From IMG/VR virus record IMGVR_UViG_3300045988_001655, positions 1-5,731 of that record: a DNA stretch of 5,731 bases. One strand, 5' to 3'. Position numbers and translations under genes: made by a program. The first letter of the stretch is position 1; each line of letters begins with the position of its first letter. Positions 5,633-5,731 of this stretch are shown here, one piece after another. The stretch comes from a virus. The notes under the pieces are model-generated. The model ran no database searches and had not been told where the DNA came from. It was given only the letters and a program-made list of their open reading frames with translations.

Positions 5633-5731
5633 ATTTTTTTTTGAAAACCTTGAATTTTTTTAGAATTATAGTACAATAGAATCACAGAAAGGAAAGGTGA
5701 ATACCATGTTACACTGCTACGAAGTACGAAA
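5633..5731. repeat. Terminal direct repeat, right copy (wrap-around of the circular genome). It contains a second copy of the gene-1 promoter and the first 26 nt of gene 1 (5706..5731).
   Basis: Exact match to 1-99. ATG at 5706 corresponds to ATG at 74. Confidence 0.9.

Overview
The window is a complete, circularly permuted Microviridae (gokushovirus-like) ssDNA phage genome of about 5,632 bp, with the first 99 bp repeated at the end. Bases 1-99 equal 5633-5731, so the window wraps around a circle (or spans a head-to-tail repeat).

All credible genes are on the + strand, tightly packed and often overlapping. In order:
- three small ORFs with no recognised family (74..265, 476..703, 912..1148);
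- a 39-aa extremely basic J/VP8-like DNA-binding peptide (687..806);
- an unannotated 23-aa hydrophobic mini-ORF with its own Shine-Dalgarno sequence (830..901);
- an acidic VP3-like scaffold candidate (1126..1605);
- the major capsid protein VP1 (1602..3269);
- the DNA pilot protein VP2 (3311..4177);
- the rolling-circle Rep VP4 (4178..5197), which has the HUH motifs.

Shine-Dalgarno sites of the AAGGAG/GGAGG type are used throughout, which argues for a non-Bacteroidetes host, probably Firmicutes or Proteobacteria. No G-spike or D-scaffold genes are present. Rho-independent terminators follow VP1 and Rep, and sigma70-like promoters precede gene 1 and the 476.. gene block.

The most unusual part is the roughly 510-bp non-coding region (5198..5632 plus 1..73). 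It contains:
- a (GCGCAC)n alternating purine-pyrimidine island;
- a (TAG)5 microsatellite;
- about 10 same-orientation TGTTGAAA(R) iterons, including two DnaA-box-like TGTGGAAAA variants, in three clusters around an 8-bp-arm palindrome;
- a GC-rich nested-hairpin block.

Together these look like an origin or regulatory hub. A perfect 11-bp-stem hairpin also sits inside the 5' end of the rep gene.
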